Shown here one piece after another: positions 1 through 9,421 of a stretch of DNA of 32,000 nt. The DNA lies in contig NC_000916.1 in NCBI RefSeq assembly GCF_000008645.1, forward strand, positions 120,001 through 152,000, written 5' to 3'. Made by a program: the position numbers and the translations under genes. Source of the stretch: Methanothermobacter thermautotrophicus str. Delta H (GTDB lineage: Archaea; Methanobacteriota; Methanobacteria; Methanobacteriales; Methanothermobacteraceae). Every line of letters begins with the position of its first letter. The stretch's first letter is position 1. The notes beneath the pieces were generated by a model. It did no database searches, was not told the DNA's origin, and worked only from the letters and a program-made list of their open reading frames with translations.

Positions 1-990
1 GCAGAGGAGGCCCTGATCGTCAGCAAGGAGAAATTCAGGGAACTCTTCAGGAACATGAGGAGCGGCATAATTGCTGTTGAATCTGATGGAAAGGGATTCC
101 GGGTTAAATCCATGAACCCGGCAGCCGAGAGGATGGAGGGCGTCTCCTGCGCCGCCATCCAGGGTATGGATCTTCAGGAGGCACTCCCTGAGATCTGGAA
201 CTCCCCCATCAGGAGGGCCCTCCAGGAGATCAGGGAGACCGGTGAGGCCATCCATTGTCCGGAGGTTGAATGTGGGGAGGGATGGTTTGATGTGCACCTC
301 CACCAGCTATCAACCGGGGAGGTGGTCATCATCTGCACCGACATAACCCTCAGGAAGCAGTATGAGGATGAACTCAGAGCATCGCTCAGGGAGAAGGAGG
401 CCCTCCTCAGGGAGGTGCACCACAGGGTCAAGAACAACTTCCAGGTAATATCCAGTCTCATAAATCTTCAGCTCGATGATGCTGAGGATCCAGCGCCCCT
501 CAGGGACCTTCAGAGCAGGATCCAGTCCATGGCCCTCGTCCATGAACTGCTCTATGAGTCAGAGGATCTCACAAGCATTGACATGGGGCGCTACATAGAG
601 AGGCTCACCTCCTCCATAGTTAACAGCCACCATAACGGGGAAATAGAAGTTGAGGTGGCGGTGGGTGACATAACACTTCCCCTTGAAACAGCCATCCCCC
701 TGGGTCTCATCATCAACGAACTCGTCACCAACTCCTTCAAGCATGCCTTCACGTCCGGTGGAATGATAAGCGTAGAACTGGAGGAACATGGCGGTGAATT
801 CACACTCACCATCACAGATAATGGTGTGGGTCTTCCCCCTGATTTTATAATTGAAGATTCGGATTCCCTGGGCCTCAGGCTGGTGGCGGGCCTTGTGGAT
901 CAGATTGACGGGACCCTCGAGGTTTCCGGGGAGGATGGGACCAGGTTCAGGTTAACCTTTGGAGTTGTTCCTTACCGTCGGAGGGTCTGA
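1..990 (+). CDS. Sensor histidine kinase (PAS domain + HisKA_2/HATPase), 5'-truncated by the window edge
   Basis: Listed ORF starts at 55, but frame 1 is open from base 1 (AEEALIVSKEKFRELFRNMRSGIIAVES), typical of PAS entry, so the true start lies upstream. LREVHHRVKNNFQVISSLINLQ is a HisKA_2-type phosphoacceptor helix; N-box IINELVTNSFKHAF and DNGVGLP ATP lid follow. Confidence 0.88.
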   Translation, partial: AEEALIVSKEKFRELFRNMRSGIIAVESDGKGFRVKSMNPAAERMEGVSCAAIQGMDLQEALPEIWNSPIRRALQEIRETGEAIHCPEVECGEGWFDVHLHQLSTGEVVIICTDITLRKQYEDELRASLREKEALLREVHHRVKNNFQVISSLINLQLDDAEDPAPLRDLQSRIQSMALVHELLYESEDLTSIDMGRYIERLTSSIVNSHHNGEIEVEVAVGDITLPLETAIPLGLIINELVTNSFKHAFTSGGMISVELEEHGGEFTLTITDNGVGLPPDFIIEDSDSLGLRLVAGLVDQIDGTLEVSGEDGTRFRLTFGVVPYRRRV

Positions 991-1118
991 TGATCTGTGA
1001 TTTGAGGGTATTCCTGTGGGTCTTGGAGGGTCTGAAAATCATAACTTGATGAGCAGGCACCGACTCTGATTCAGGGGTAATGGCAAAATTTAAGTTGTAA
1101 TTACTGTATCATTTAACC

Positions 1119-2315
1119 ATGGCTCTCACACCAAGAGGGGACGTCCTCAGGACAGTCATGGATTACCTTGAGATAGAGTCCAGGGATTCTGTGGACAGAA
1201 GGAGGGACCTGTGGAGGTCAATCTCGGATAAATTCATAAGGACGGCTGATGGATCCTACACCCTGAAATCTGAGGCCGGAGAGGCGATGCACACCCGGGT
1301 GGGGGCCCTAACAGAGGCCATTGAGAAATTTGTAAAACCCACGGTTTCAGGGATCAAAGACGATTTAAGGGTCCTGGACCTCTGCTCAGGTCTGGGATAC
1401 AATACCGCAGCCCTCCTGGAGTTCACAGACGCATCCAGTGTAACGGTTGATATGGTGGAGATCTCAGCAGGGACCATGGCCACCGCCCTCATTGTACCAT
1501 CCCCGAATCCAGCCCATAAAATCGTTAAGGGGGCTTATGAGGACTTTCTGTTATCTGAGGGATTACTGTCCCTCAGGACCTCACCTCCAGCACCCTCAGG
1601 CATCGAGCTGAGGGTCCACTGTGGGGATGCAAGGGCAGTGGTACCCCTTCTTGAGAGGGAATACTATGACGCCATATTTCTGGACGCATTCAGTCCAAGG
1701 GTGGCCCCTGAACTCTACACTGTCGAATTCATCTCACTCCTCGCAGGGGTGCTGAAGAAGAGGGGCGTACTTGCGACATACACCTCCGCAGCCCCCATGA
1801 GGGCAGCCCTCATCGAAGCAGGATTCCATGTGGGCCAGGGACCTGTGTTCGGGAGAAAATCAGGGGGAACACTGGCCTCCATGGACCCCCGGATGGTCAG
1901 AAAGCCCCTTGACTGGAGGGATGAACGCATGATAGCCCTCAGTGATGCAGGGATACCCTACAGGGACCCTGAATTATCTGCAGATGCCCTGGAAATAATG
2001 GGGAGACGGAGGGTCGAGAGGATGTCTGCGAGGGGCGTTACAAGGATATCATCAGCGGTTAAAACCCCACTCTACCTTGGTTCAGAGCAGGTAGAGGGGA
2101 GAACCGGGAGGCGCGTCCGGAGAAACCTCAGCAGAATAGGTATAGATGACCCTTCAGGTCCGGAGGCGCTATACATAATCTGCCCCCAGATGGATGAATG
2201 CATATGTGGCTGTGGGGAGGATAGACCAGCCAGCTCAAGGGATAGGGTCATATCCATGAGGAGGAGGCTGATGGACCTGGTTAACCTGCGACACCTTGCT
2301 GATAAAGCAGGTTAG
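1119..2315 (+). CDS. SAM-dependent methyltransferase, MnmC/DUF752-like, with Cys-rich C-terminal tail
   Basis: 398 aa. Rossmann motif VLDLCSGLGYNTAALLE; YDAIFLDAFSPRVAPELYTVEFISLLAGVLKKRGVLATYTSAAPMRAALIEAGF matches the MnmC-like methyltransferase pattern; C-terminal CPQMDECICGCGEDRP. Confidence 0.75.
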   Translation: MALTPRGDVLRTVMDYLEIESRDSVDRRRDLWRSISDKFIRTADGSYTLKSEAGEAMHTRVGALTEAIEKFVKPTVSGIKDDLRVLDLCSGLGYNTAALLEFTDASSVTVDMVEISAGTMATALIVPSPNPAHKIVKGAYEDFLLSEGLLSLRTSPPAPSGIELRVHCGDARAVVPLLEREYYDAIFLDAFSPRVAPELYTVEFISLLAGVLKKRGVLATYTSAAPMRAALIEAGFHVGQGPVFGRKSGGTLASMDPRMVRKPLDWRDERMIALSDAGIPYRDPELSADALEIMGRRRVERMSARGVTRISSAVKTPLYLGSEQVEGRTGRRVRRNLSRIGIDDPSGPEALYIICPQMDECICGCGEDRPASSRDRVISMRRRLMDLVNLRHLADKAG

Positions 2316-2540
2316 TATGTGATCCAGCCCTGCTTCCAGTGTTTCTGAGGCATGGATTATGTGGGAGGATTTTTAGGGTGCTGATTACATATTAATCAGT
2401 ATCATCGTGGATATACACTGATCTGAGCATGTAGTATCTGGTGGTAGCCACTGCAGAGTACCTGTTAATCAGTATCATTCTGCTTGATTTCACTGATCAG
2501 CAGGGGGAACACCCTGCTAATGACTTTATGGGAGGATTTC

Positions 2541-4481
2541 ATGTTTGAAATAAAATCAAAGGACGGCCTCGGAAGGACGGGGATCCTTAAAACAGAGCAT
2601 GGGACCGTAAGGACACCAGCGCTCATGCCTGTAATACATCCAGGTAAACAGACCATCGATGTTAAGGGCCCCGGAGCCGAGATTGTGATAACGAATGCAT
2701 ACATAATCTACAGAAACCCTGAACTGAGGGAGAGGGCTCTCAGTGATGGAGTTCACAGACTGATAGACTTCGACGGACCCATAATGACGGATTCAGGTTC
2801 ATTCCAGCTATCAGAGTACGGGGACATTGAGGTCGAGAACCCTGAGATAATACGTTTCCAGGATGAGATAGGCACAGACATAGGCACATCACTGGACATA
2901 CCAACACCACCTGGTGTTAGCCACAGGAGGGCCATAGAGGAGGTTGAGGTCACCCTTGAGAGGGCCAGGGAGTCCATTGAGTACAGGGAGAGAATGATGC
3001 TCAATGCCGTTGTACAGGGTTCAACACACCCTGACCTGAGGAGGTACTGCGCATCACGCCTGGCCGAGCTACCGGTGGAGCTCCACCCCATCGGTGCTGT
3101 GGTGCCTCTAATGGAGTCCTACCGCTACAGGGAACTCGTCGACGCCGTACTTTCATCGGTATCTGAGCTCCCACCCTCAAGGCCAAGGCACCTCATGGGG
3201 GCAGGCCACCCAATGCTATTCGCCCTGGCAGTTTCAATGGGGTGCGACCTCTTTGATTCAGCGGCCTACATACTCTACGCAGAGGATGACCGCCTCCTCA
3301 GCACTGAGGGAACATACAAACTTGAGAACCTCCAGGAGATGCCATGTTCCTGCAGTGTCTGCACGGATTACACACCATCAGAGCTCATGGGGATGGACAG
3401 GGAGGAGCGGAGGAACCTGATAGCGGAACACAACCTGCATGTGAGCTTCGCAGAGATAAGGAAGGTCCGCCAGGCAATCCACGACGGAAACCTCATGGAA
3501 CTGGTCGAAGAGCGCTGCAGGGCACACCCCCGCCTCCTTGAGGGGTACAGGCGCATGTCAGAGTACCTTGATCTCATTGAAAAATTTGAGCCCAGGTCCA
3601 AGAGGTCGGCCTTCTTCTACACAGGCCCAGAGTCACTGGGGCGCGTGGAGGTCCACAGACACCTTAAAAGGGTTAAGGAGCACCTCGGGGAAAGATTAGC
3701 CCTCGTGGCCCCATCAAGGAGGCCCTACTCATCCAGCCTCCCCGCCAGGATCGGGGGTTTCAGTTCACTGAGACCCCAGAGTGGGGGACCATGGAGGGTC
3801 GTGGTGGTGGACCTCCCCTTCGGTATAATCCCCCTGGAACTTGACCAGGTATACCCCCTGGCCCAGAGCGATGCCCCGGGTATAATGGACCTTGACGGGG
3901 AGGAGTTCCTTAGGGGCCTTGTCAGGGACCTCATGGATGGAGATGCAATAGTGGACGATGCCCTCTGCAGCGAACTTGGAATTGAACTCCCCTACAAGTA
4001 CATGGGTGAAGTTGAAACCACCGTTGATGACCTGGACCGTGTGAGGATGGTGGCAGACTACCAGTTCGGTATGGGCGCTGGTGAACTCCTCTTCACCGAT
4101 GATGTGAGGATTGAGAGGAGCCGCAACACGGGTAAGATAAGGCACATATATGCAGGGGATGAGCTCATCTGCACCATGAGGGCATCAGATGGTCTCCTGG
4201 TCCTCGGGGCAGAGGGGGCGGTCAGGCTCCACAAGGGAACAGACTACCCTGCCTGGAGGGTGGCAGTAAATGAGGAGTCTGAACCCTTTGCAAGGAAGGG
4301 TAAAAGTGTTTTTGCAAAGTTTATAATAGACTGCGACAATAATATAAGGGCCAACGATGAAGTTTTAATTGTTAATGCTGATGATGAACTTCTGGCCACA
4401 GGCAAGGCACTCCTCTGTGCCGAGGAGATGATGGACCTCAACCATGGCCAGGCAGTTAAAACCAGGAAAGGAGGATTTTAA
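2541..4481 (+). CDS. tgtA: Archaeosine tRNA-guanine transglycosylase (TgtA) with C-terminal PUA domain
   Basis: ORF listed from 2484; ATG at 2541 preceded by GGAGG at 2531 is the better start. GRTGILKTEHGTVRTPALMPVIHPGKQ, DSGSFQL, MGAGHPMLFALAVSMGCDLFDSAAYILYAED, C...C.C..C zinc motif, PUA-like C-terminus. Confidence 0.95.
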   Translation: MFEIKSKDGLGRTGILKTEHGTVRTPALMPVIHPGKQTIDVKGPGAEIVITNAYIIYRNPELRERALSDGVHRLIDFDGPIMTDSGSFQLSEYGDIEVENPEIIRFQDEIGTDIGTSLDIPTPPGVSHRRAIEEVEVTLERARESIEYRERMMLNAVVQGSTHPDLRRYCASRLAELPVELHPIGAVVPLMESYRYRELVDAVLSSVSELPPSRPRHLMGAGHPMLFALAVSMGCDLFDSAAYILYAEDDRLLSTEGTYKLENLQEMPCSCSVCTDYTPSELMGMDREERRNLIAEHNLHVSFAEIRKVRQAIHDGNLMELVEERCRAHPRLLEGYRRMSEYLDLIEKFEPRSKRSAFFYTGPESLGRVEVHRHLKRVKEHLGERLALVAPSRRPYSSSLPARIGGFSSLRPQSGGPWRVVVVDLPFGIIPLELDQVYPLAQSDAPGIMDLDGEEFLRGLVRDLMDGDAIVDDALCSELGIELPYKYMGEVETTVDDLDRVRMVADYQFGMGAGELLFTDDVRIERSRNTGKIRHIYAGDELICTMRASDGLLVLGAEGAVRLHKGTDYPAWRVAVNEESEPFARKGKSVFAKFIIDCDNNIRANDEVLIVNADDELLATGKALLCAEEMMDLNHGQAVKTRKGGF

Positions 4482-4835
4482 TTGATACCGGGTATGGGAA
4501 TGAACCCCAAGCAGCTGAAACAGATGCAGAGGGCCATGAAGCAGATGGGAATGGATATGAAGGATCTTCGTGGCGTTGAAGAGGTTGTTATCAAACTCAA
4601 GAGGAAGGAGATCATAATAAAAAACCCCAAGGTCAATGTAATGGAGTTCATGGGACAGAAGACATACCAGGTGACTGGTAAGGCCCGTGAAAGGTCCCTT
4701 GAAGCTGAAATGGAGATACCCGAGGATGACATCGAACTGGTCATGAACCAGACCGGTGCAAGCAGGGAGGACGCCACAAGGGCCCTCCAGGAGACAGGGG
4801 GGGACCTTGCAGAGGCAATTATGAGGCTGAGCTGA
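4482..4835 (+). CDS. nac: Archaeal nascent polypeptide-associated complex protein (alphaNAC, NAC + UBA domains)
   Basis: 117 aa, TTG start immediately after tgtA stop; NAC core VVIKLKRKEIIIKNPKVNVMEFMGQKTYQVTG and UBA-like IELVMNQTGASREDATRALQETGGDLAEAIMRLS. Confidence 0.93.
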   Translation: MIPGMGMNPKQLKQMQRAMKQMGMDMKDLRGVEEVVIKLKRKEIIIKNPKVNVMEFMGQKTYQVTGKARERSLEAEMEIPEDDIELVMNQTGASREDATRALQETGGDLAEAIMRLS

Positions 4836-5568
4836 TGGTACTGATAGCCCATATCTCGGACCTCCATGTGGGCGCACCCAATTTCAAGGAGGACATACTC
4901 CTTGAGGCCATAAGACAGATCAACAAACTCAAACCCGATGCAACTGTCATAACTGGGGACCTCACAGATAACGGCTACTACCTTGAATTCCTTCAGGCAG
5001 CAGAGTACCTCAGCGACCTTAAGGGACCCCACATATTTGTACCAGGAAACCATGATGCCAGGCACGTGGGCAATGAGACCTTCGAGGATGTTTTCAGGTA
5101 CCGCCGGGGAACCTTTGTGATGGACGGTCTCACCATCATAGGACTGGACAGCAGTGAACCCGACCTCGATTACGGGAAGATAGGGAGGTCCCAGCAGATC
5201 TGGATGGAGGATGAACTTGACAGGGCGTCCTCGAGGGGGCACATCCGGGTCATAGCTCTGCATCACCACATAATCCCCGTGCCCAAGACGGGACGTGAGA
5301 GGAACGTCCTTGCAGATGCAGGTGACATACTCCAGTCAATAATCAGTAAGGGCGCCGACCTGGTCATATCGGGCCACAAGCATGTTCCCCCACGTCTGGA
5401 GGCCTGGAGAACACCTTCTTTGTAACTGCCGGGACGGTCTCATCCCTCAAACTGAGGGGTAAAGATATTAACTCATATAATACATATTACATTGATGAGG
5501 ATTCCATGAGAATAGTTCTCAATCAGGTGCAGGGAGAGAGCATTGAACTGGCATCCTGCAGCCTGTAA
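4835..5568 (+). pseudogene. Calcineurin-like/CpdA-type metallophosphoesterase, interrupted by a frame disruption at about 5387-5404
   Basis: ISDLH, GDLTD, GNHD, LHHH and GHKH metal-binding motifs. Listed ORF stops at 5425 with a nonsense tail (PPRLEAWRTPSL). The other frame continues VWRLENTFFVTAGTVSSLKLRGKDINSYNTYYIDEDSMRIVLNQVQGESIELASCSL to a stop at 5566-5568. Confidence 0.75.
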
Positions 5569-5590
5569 AATATCAGCTAAAGGTGGTTAC

Positions 5591-6616
5591 TTGAGGGTAA
5601 TTATAGATGCATCGAACGTGGCCCATTCAAGGAAGAACGATGAGGAGAAGCCATGCATAGAGAACATACTGTCAGCGGCAGAGGAACTTGAGAAACTTGG
5701 CTACGAACCTGTTATAATCGCCGATGCATCCCTGCGACATGAGATAGATGATAAGGAGCAGTTCAGGAAGCTCCTTGAGGAGGGTAAATTCCAGCAGGTC
5801 CCCTCAGGTACCAGTGCCGACCACTTCATACTGAAGATGGCTGAGGAGGAGGATGCCAAGATACTCTCAAATGATGTTTTCAGGGACTACAAGGACGAAT
5901 TCCAGGATATAAACAGCAGGAGAATACCCTACACCTTCAGGGAGGATAAGATTCTGATAGGGACCTCCGGGAAACCAAAGAAGGTCAAGAATATACTTCA
6001 GAAGATATGCAATGAGGCCCTCAGGGAATTTGAGAGGAAGAGGATCGACGCATATAAGGTTAAAAGGGGCAAGAAACTCAGCGGTATAGCCATAGCAAAG
6101 GAGGCAATAGACAGAATAAGCAGGAGTCAGGAGGAGGGTCTCGAACCCAGACTTGAGGGCATATTCATGAAGCTACCCCTCTTCGAAAGGTTCATGAGCA
6201 TGGTTGAGGAGGTTGAGAGGACCAGCAACTACATAATATTCGTCCTTGTTCATCCAAAGGATTACCGTGATGCTGTGAAGTACGCCGGGAACATCGCAGT
6301 CACCGTCGGCGACAGGCTGAAACTGGAACACGCCCCCCTGGTGGCTGTCAGGAATGATCTCTTCCTCAAACCAGGCACCTTTGAGCTCAACATAATGTAC
6401 TCGGAGGATGTCATGGAGGAGGCCCCCTACAATGTTAACATAACCATAAATGATCATGATTACAGCTTCGTTAAGAAGAACTCAAGGAACATAGCGAGCA
6501 CCCTCGCGGCAAGGATAGGTTCATGGAGATTCCCCATAGTGTCTGTTAAACCAAGCATGCTCCTTGAGAAGCCAGGGGAGTTTGAGGTAGTCCTGGAGAA
6601 GGGAGGCAATGATTGA
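5591..6616 (+). CDS. NYN/PIN-like (Zc3h12a-type) ribonuclease domain protein with C-terminal extension
   Basis: TTG start at 5591 with upstream GGTGG (listed ORF opens earlier at 5543). RVIIDASNVAHSRK, SGTSADHFILKMAEEEDAKILSNDVFRDY gives the Asp pattern of NYN/Zc3h12a nucleases. Confidence 0.72.
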   Translation: MRVIIDASNVAHSRKNDEEKPCIENILSAAEELEKLGYEPVIIADASLRHEIDDKEQFRKLLEEGKFQQVPSGTSADHFILKMAEEEDAKILSNDVFRDYKDEFQDINSRRIPYTFREDKILIGTSGKPKKVKNILQKICNEALREFERKRIDAYKVKRGKKLSGIAIAKEAIDRISRSQEEGLEPRLEGIFMKLPLFERFMSMVEEVERTSNYIIFVLVHPKDYRDAVKYAGNIAVTVGDRLKLEHAPLVAVRNDLFLKPGTFELNIMYSEDVMEEAPYNVNITINDHDYSFVKKNSRNIASTLAARIGSWRFPIVSVKPSMLLEKPGEFEVVLEKGGND

Positions 6617-7821
6617 TGGTCATGGATTATCTGCTGCGGAAGATACTGGGTTTCTTCCTGGGATACAGGGTCCTCAGCATAGGGACCAGGTACATGCCCA
6701 CCAACAGTACAGAGCGCGAATACGTGGAAATGCTAAACTACACCAGAACAATGCTCATAGAGATTGAAAGGGCCCATATAAACACCAGCAACATATTCGA
6801 TAACCTCACAAGGGAGCTGGGGACAGAAAACATACCAGGAAACAGGAAGTTCATTGAAATCAAACCCGCTGATGAGGAGGTCGACGAATACGCCCTCCTG
6901 AGTAACATAATAATGGGAAGTGACCGCTACCTCTACATCGAGATATTCAACGGCGGCCGGATAGTGGATGAATTCGTGGATATCATCGAGAATGAAAATG
7001 GAAAGATAATCGAGAAGAGCTCAAGTGAGGTGCTTGCCAGGTTCCTCTCCAAGAATGACGCCATAAGGGTTGCTATAAAAATTATAGGCGCTGGAAGCAG
7101 GAGAGGGATAAATGTGAGGGCCGCGGCGGGCATGACAGGCGCTGCAGCCATTGAAAGGGCCATAAACCTCAACAGGGAGATAGGGGAGGTCCCGGGTGTC
7201 GGGTTCACAAAGCTTGGGGGTGAATTTGCCATAATATTCACAGGTGAATTTGAAACCCCCACCGGAGCGCCGTCCTACCGTGACAACTACCTCTTCACCG
7301 ACATGATCGACTCCACAGCATTCATAGAGAGGTATGGCCGTGACAGCCTCGTTGAGATAATGAATGACATAAAGGCCTACATGGAGAACGACTGCAAGGG
7401 GAAGATTGAGGGTTACCGTGAGGGTGGAGACGACCTCATAGCCAACTTCCCAACCAAGGACATGGCCCTCAGGGCCGGTATAGATTCTGCATGGCATGCA
7501 ATGGATAACGGCGCAAATATAAGGGTCGGGATTGGCCGCACAAGGAGGGAGGCCGGTGAGAGGGCCCAGCTGGCCGATGAGATAATGCTCTGGAACCCCA
7601 CATCCATCATGGTATTCGATGTTGCAGATGGCCTCTACGGGTACTTCATACCATCACCCTTCACACGGTCAGTCATAGATTTCTTCATGAACAGGAAGTC
7701 TGTGGCCTTCCTCGTGTTTATCTTTGTCTTCGTTGCAACCTTCCTCGGGTGGAACATGGGTCACTGGGAGTTTGGCCTCGTCGCAATCCTGCTTGCTGTT
7801 ATCTATGGGGCCACGGCATGA
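6616..7821 (+). CDS. Membrane-anchored palm-domain nucleotide cyclase / GTP cyclohydrolase III / Cas10-palm-like protein
   Basis: LFTDMIDSTAFIERYG (class III cyclase-like metal site), YREGGDDLIANFP (GGDD/GGDEF-like), IRVGIGRTRREAGERAQLADEI (similar to GCH III), earlier FTKLGGEFAIIF; C-terminal hydrophobic segments SVAFLVFIFVFVATFLG and FGLVAILLAVIYGA. TTG at 6613 is an alternative start. Confidence 0.7.
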   Translation: MVMDYLLRKILGFFLGYRVLSIGTRYMPTNSTEREYVEMLNYTRTMLIEIERAHINTSNIFDNLTRELGTENIPGNRKFIEIKPADEEVDEYALLSNIIMGSDRYLYIEIFNGGRIVDEFVDIIENENGKIIEKSSSEVLARFLSKNDAIRVAIKIIGAGSRRGINVRAAAGMTGAAAIERAINLNREIGEVPGVGFTKLGGEFAIIFTGEFETPTGAPSYRDNYLFTDMIDSTAFIERYGRDSLVEIMNDIKAYMENDCKGKIEGYREGGDDLIANFPTKDMALRAGIDSAWHAMDNGANIRVGIGRTRREAGERAQLADEIMLWNPTSIMVFDVADGLYGYFIPSPFTRSVIDFFMNRKSVAFLVFIFVFVATFLGWNMGHWEFGLVAILLAVIYGATA

Positions 7822-7870
7822 AAAGAAATCTATTTAAGGATACTTCAAGATAATATTAAGGGGAATTGAA

Positions 7871-8158
7871 ATGAGACCTGAAACCGAGGCTAAAATCATT
7901 GTTAGCTTCCTGATTTCCCTTATAGCCTTTGGGTGCGGGTCAGGCCTGGGCATTGCAATCGGTCTTTCCGGCGGAGACATCACATCTGTTGATATTAATA
8001 ATACATCGTCCACTGATAATGTCCAGCTGACCCCCAGCAGCACCAACCACCTTCCCCTTAACGGTATAAAGGAGCAGGGAAGGGAGGTAGCTGAGAACGG
8101 CAATGGGGAAGTCAACGTTGTTAACAACCAGGGGTCCTCCAACAACACCACCTACTGA
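7871..8158 (+). CDS. Small single-TM protein with Ser/Thr/Asn-rich extracytoplasmic tail
   Basis: 95 aa; IIVSFLISLIAFGCGSGLGIAIGL membrane segment followed by a low-complexity N/S/T-rich tail; plausible start but no family recognised. Confidence 0.5.
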   Translation: MRPETEAKIIVSFLISLIAFGCGSGLGIAIGLSGGDITSVDINNTSSTDNVQLTPSSTNHLPLNGIKEQGREVAENGNGEVNVVNNQGSSNNTTY

Positions 8159-8194
8159 TGGGAGACGACCCCAGCGAACTTTTTTTACGGGAGA

Positions 8195-9403
8195 GTGTAT
8201 ACAATGGAACTGAGATTTATAAGGGGTGGTGTCTGCGCTGTTGACGGAGTCCTCGCTGCCGGCTGCCGTGAGGGCAAATATGGTGTTGGACTGATCATCA
8301 ACAGGGGTTCAACCGCAGCCGCGGTCTTCACCTCAAACAGGGTTCGAGCAGAACCAGTTAAACTCACAGAGCGCGTAATTGCAGATGGAAGTATATCAGC
8401 CATCGTGGCAAACAGCGGGAACGCCAACTGCTTCACAGGCAGGGAAGGAATGGATGACGCCAGGAGGATGGCCAGAAAAGTGGCAGAGTCCCTCTCCATG
8501 GATGAAAGTGAGGTTGCAGTGGCTTCAACAGGCGTTATAGGAAGAAGGATGCCCATTGATAAAATAGAGTTCCTCATCCAGAGTGCTGCAGCTCAACTGG
8601 AAAACTCAGAGGCGGCATCGGGGGCTCTTGCAGAGGCGATAATGACCACCGACACCTTCCCCAAGGAGGTGGCAGTTGAGTTTGAACTTGAAACAGGCGA
8701 AAAGGCGCGTATAGGTGCTGTTGCCAAGGGCTCCGGGATGATAGCCCCCAACATGGCCACAATGCTCTCATTCATAACAACCGATGTCGATGCATCGTCT
8801 TCTGAACTGACGGAGGCCCTCAGGGTGGCAGTTGATGAGAGCTTCAACATGCTCATAGTGGATGGTGATGAGAGCACCAATGACATGGTCATAATATCCT
8901 CAACCAGGACCTCAGGAAGGATAGATTCAAACTTCAGGGAGGCTCTCGTTGCTGTGTGCAGGGAACTCGCCCGTATGATGGCCCGGGACGGTGAGGGGGT
9001 CACCAAGTCCTTCCAGGTGGATGTTGTAAATGCAGGGACACATGAGGATGCAAAAATGGCTGCAAGGGCCATAGCAGGTTCATCCCTTGTTAAAACAGCC
9101 ATATTTGGAGCCGACCCCAACTGGGGGCGTATAGTTGCAGCTGCAGGCTACTCTGGAGCAGAGTTTGACCCTGAGGAGATAAGCGTCACCCTTGAGTCTG
9201 ATTCAGAATCCGTGGTAATAGTTGACCATGGTGATATCCTGGCATTTGAGGGTACAGAGGAACTTGAAACTGCTGAGAGGGTCATGACCAGCAAGGAGAT
9301 AAGGATAATCGTTGACCTGGCTGCTGGAGATGAATCAGCCACTGCCTATGGCTGCGACCTCACCTATGATTATGTAAGGATAAATGCAGAGTATACCACA
9401 TGA
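8195..9403 (+). CDS. argJ: Glutamate N-acetyltransferase / ornithine acetyltransferase ArgJ
   Basis: Whole-length similarity including GFTSNRV-like AAVFTSNRVRAEPV, KGSGMIAPNMATMLSFITTD nucleophile region, FGADPNWGRI, YVRINAEYTT. ATG at 8204 is an alternative start. Confidence 0.96.
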   Translation: MYTMELRFIRGGVCAVDGVLAAGCREGKYGVGLIINRGSTAAAVFTSNRVRAEPVKLTERVIADGSISAIVANSGNANCFTGREGMDDARRMARKVAESLSMDESEVAVASTGVIGRRMPIDKIEFLIQSAAAQLENSEAASGALAEAIMTTDTFPKEVAVEFELETGEKARIGAVAKGSGMIAPNMATMLSFITTDVDASSSELTEALRVAVDESFNMLIVDGDESTNDMVIISSTRTSGRIDSNFREALVAVCRELARMMARDGEGVTKSFQVDVVNAGTHEDAKMAARAIAGSSLVKTAIFGADPNWGRIVAAAGYSGAEFDPEEISVTLESDSESVVIVDHGDILAFEGTEELETAERVMTSKEIRIIVDLAAGDESATAYGCDLTYDYVRINAEYTT

Positions 9404-9421
9404 CTGGCTGAAGGTGTTTTT

